A stretch of DNA of 63,589 nucleotides, counting the filler, from Lenisia limosa (lineage: Eukaryota > Protista > Breviatea): NCBI GenBank assembly GCA_001655205.1. It is 18 parts of 18 records of this genome, joined end to end, with 100 filler letters (N's around TTAATTAATTAA, not from the genome) between each part and the next. Parts side by side here need not be neighbours in the genome. Positions count along the whole stretch, not along the records: positions 58,044 to 62,337 come from LPNZ01000685.1; positions 62,438 to 63,589 come from LPNZ01009350.1; 16 more parts are not named here. One strand, given 5' to 3'. The translations under genes were made by a program, and so were the position numbers. The notes under the pieces were generated by a model. It was given only the letters and a program-made list of their open reading frames with translations, searched no databases and was not told the origin of the DNA. Of the stretch, positions 61,416 to 63,589 are shown piece after piece. How positions within the stretch are numbered: the stretch's first letter is position 1; every line of letters starts with the position of its first letter.

Positions 61416-61803
61416 TTTCTACGGCTTTGACTTTTCAGATTGTTGTGAGTGGAACTGAGACGGAATGGCGGACCCACCAGGAGAGAATGAAGGTGGAGGG
61501 GGGGGGGGGCTAAGGATTATGNNNNNNNNNNNNNNNNNNNNNNNNNNNNNNNNNNNNNNNNNNNNNNNNNNNNNNNNNNNNNNNNNNNNNNNNNNNNNNN
61601 NNNNNNNNNNNNNNNNNNNNNNNNNNNNNNNNNNNNNNNNNNNNNNNNNNNNNNNNNNNNNNNNNNNNNNNNNNNNNNNNNNNNNNNNNNNNNNNNNNNN
61701 NNNNNNNNNNNNNNNNNNNNNNNNNNNNNNNNNNNATTTGGGTTGTGGGCATTGACATTTTAGATACCACGACAATCATGCTGTTGTCACACACGTGCCG
61801 TTT

Positions 61804-61902
61804 GCTTCAGTAATGTTGGAGGAGAGGGATTCATTAGCTTCAGTAATGTTGGATGAGAGGGGTTCATTAGCTTCAGTAATGTTGGAGGAGAGGGATTCAT
61901 TA
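61804..61902 (-). repeat. 33-bp tandem repeat x3, possibly coding (NESLSSNITEA)
   Basis: Minus strand reads KANESLSSNITEANEPLSSNITEANESLSSNITEANGT with several N-x-S/T sequons. Confidence 0.7.
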
Positions 61903-62437
61903 GCTTTTCAAACTGAATTATCGATAACCATTTTTGAATTGAGCTAGCCAGACATTTGTAGGAGAGTCACTAGGGGTTCCCTACGGTCCCAAAAAAGACC
62001 GAATCTCTCGATGAATCCTAGATCGGTTCAAAAGGACTGAGCAAATATCGATATTTATCGAAATTTATCGAGAATTCAGTCTTTTTTTGACCGAATGGAA
62101 ACTGGCCTCTTGCATGGCACATATTGAGTAGTAACACAACGCACAGCAACAAATTTTAAGATATGAGATATAGCTTGAATTCGCTTTTGGATGGGGCAGT
62201 CTGTCCGATACCGCTTTTCCATTTTCTTTTCCACACATTCACCATCCAAGGTTTGCGAGAATTGCATACTTTGACCAGATTACGCAAGGGCTCACGCCGA
62301 CGCAACTCGTCACTGTTCTGGAGTCTCTCTACACTGTNNNNNNNNNNNNNNNNNNNNNNNNNNNNNNNNNNNNNNNNNNNNTTAATTAATTAANNNNNNN
62401 NNNNNNNNNNNNNNNNNNNNNNNNNNNNNNNNNNNNN

Positions 62438-63589
62438 TGGACGCGGACCTGGAGCTAGCCCTCGGCATGACGTCCGACCTTCTACTCAAGATGGACCACA
62501 CTCAAATTCGATTCCACGACGTAGACTTGGATCTTGTCCGCAACCGGCCGACGCCGATCGACTTCAACGTCCTCCCCGCTAAGACCTTCACCACGACATA
62601 TCCGGCCTCACAGGCAGACGCTGCGTTATGGCAGGCCGAGCACCCGACAGAGCCTGCCCTTGACGTGCGNNNNNNNNNNNNNNNNNNNNNNNNNNNNNNN
62701 NNNNNNNNNNNNNNNNNNNNNNNNNNNNNTAGCGCGCAATGACGCATACGCGGTCCTCGGCGGCTTTTGCATCCCACTGGCCACAAAGATGGACCTCGCG
62801 GCCGACGCCCCCATCCATGCCGCCAGGACGATGCTGTACATCTTCGGAGCAGGCGGCACCGGAAAGTCGGAGGTCTTTAAGATGATTACCAGCGGCACTC
62901 CCGAGGCTTTGGTTGCCAACTTCCCGGGCGCGGACAGGAATTATCCGGCGTCAGAGGTTTACGACTGCCGCGACACGGCCGTCTACCTCACCAACAGCGA
63001 CCTGAGCACCGACCCTACCACGCACGCGTCACTGGACATGCTCAAGAAGACCGCCCTCGGCGAAACGCAGTCCATCACCGCTAGAACCGGCCGAGCGTGC
63101 CATACACCAACGTCTCGGCTCACGTCCTTCTTGCTTCCAACACGACCTTCCCGGTGGCAAACGAAGCCGATCGCCGGCCCCTTGCACGCCGCCTCAGCCA
63201 GCTCGGCTTCCCCCTCGCTATCAATCGTGACCATATGGACCTGCGGGTGGCCAGTGTCATGGCGGCCTCATACGGAGACTGTGTCGTCGCCACCATTCGG
63301 ACCTACTTCGCCAAAATGCAGGAGCTGACTGCCAAGAACGTCAGCACGCCGAACTGGACGTCCGACCTGTCGCGCGACCTACAGGACCGCGAAAACGCCG
63401 CCAAGGTTGCCTGCACCGAGGTTGTGGCCACCGGCCGGAAGCGGCAGCTCGACGCCGGCCTTCGCGCCCTCCTCGTTCGCGGCGCCTTCGAGGTCAACAC
63501 CGACGCCAACAACCGCGGGGTGAGTGGTGCGGACGTGGCCCGCATATGTAAGGCCGCAGTCGCCGCCATTCGCGACGGAGCGGCTGAGG
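62438..63589 (+). CDS. D5/P4-type primase-helicase (SF3 helicase part), GC-rich, incomplete at both ends, -1 frameshift at about 63085
   Basis: D5_N-like segment (LKMDHTQIRFHDVDLDLVRNRPTPIDFNVLPAKTFTTTYP), Walker A MLYIFGAGGTGKS (62846-62869), putative Walker B AVYLTNSD, MLKKTALGETQSITAR; then in the -1 frame motif C HVLLASN (63121-63141), arginine finger PLARRL (63178-63195) and an open frame to the window end. Confidence 0.85.

Overview
This is not one locus. It is a concatenation of 18 short eukaryotic scaffolds joined by artificial 100-bp linkers (44 N + TTAATTAATTAA + 44 N), with many internal N gaps, so most entries in the ORF track are artefacts. The host is an AT-rich, intron-dense unicellular eukaryote, possibly an amoeba (inference from RasGEF and Cys-rich surface genes and an archaeal-type AlaRS). 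Recognisable host genes are an archaeal-type alanyl-tRNA synthetase, a CDC25-type RasGEF, an ankyrin-repeat protein, two Cys-rich ephrin-receptor-like surface proteins, LRR-like proteins and a multipass membrane protein. Introns carry at least four MITE families: hAT-like with 8-bp TSDs, Tc1/mariner-like, CACTA-like, and a long-TIR family. A fifth repeat family is sense-oriented, runs up to the 3' splice site and in three cases makes up the whole intron (introner-like). Two scaffolds are strongly GC-rich and look foreign. Scaffold 13253-18155 holds an orphan spliced gene of about 1,120+ aa, apparently multicopy, between a CRE/TATA-containing 65-bp tandem array and a 45-bp array of perfect 20-bp palindromes. 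Scaffold 62438-63589 encodes a D5/P4-type primase-helicase with a -1 frameshift. Together they suggest an uncharacterised endogenous DNA virus or large mobile element, but physical linkage cannot be shown from this window.
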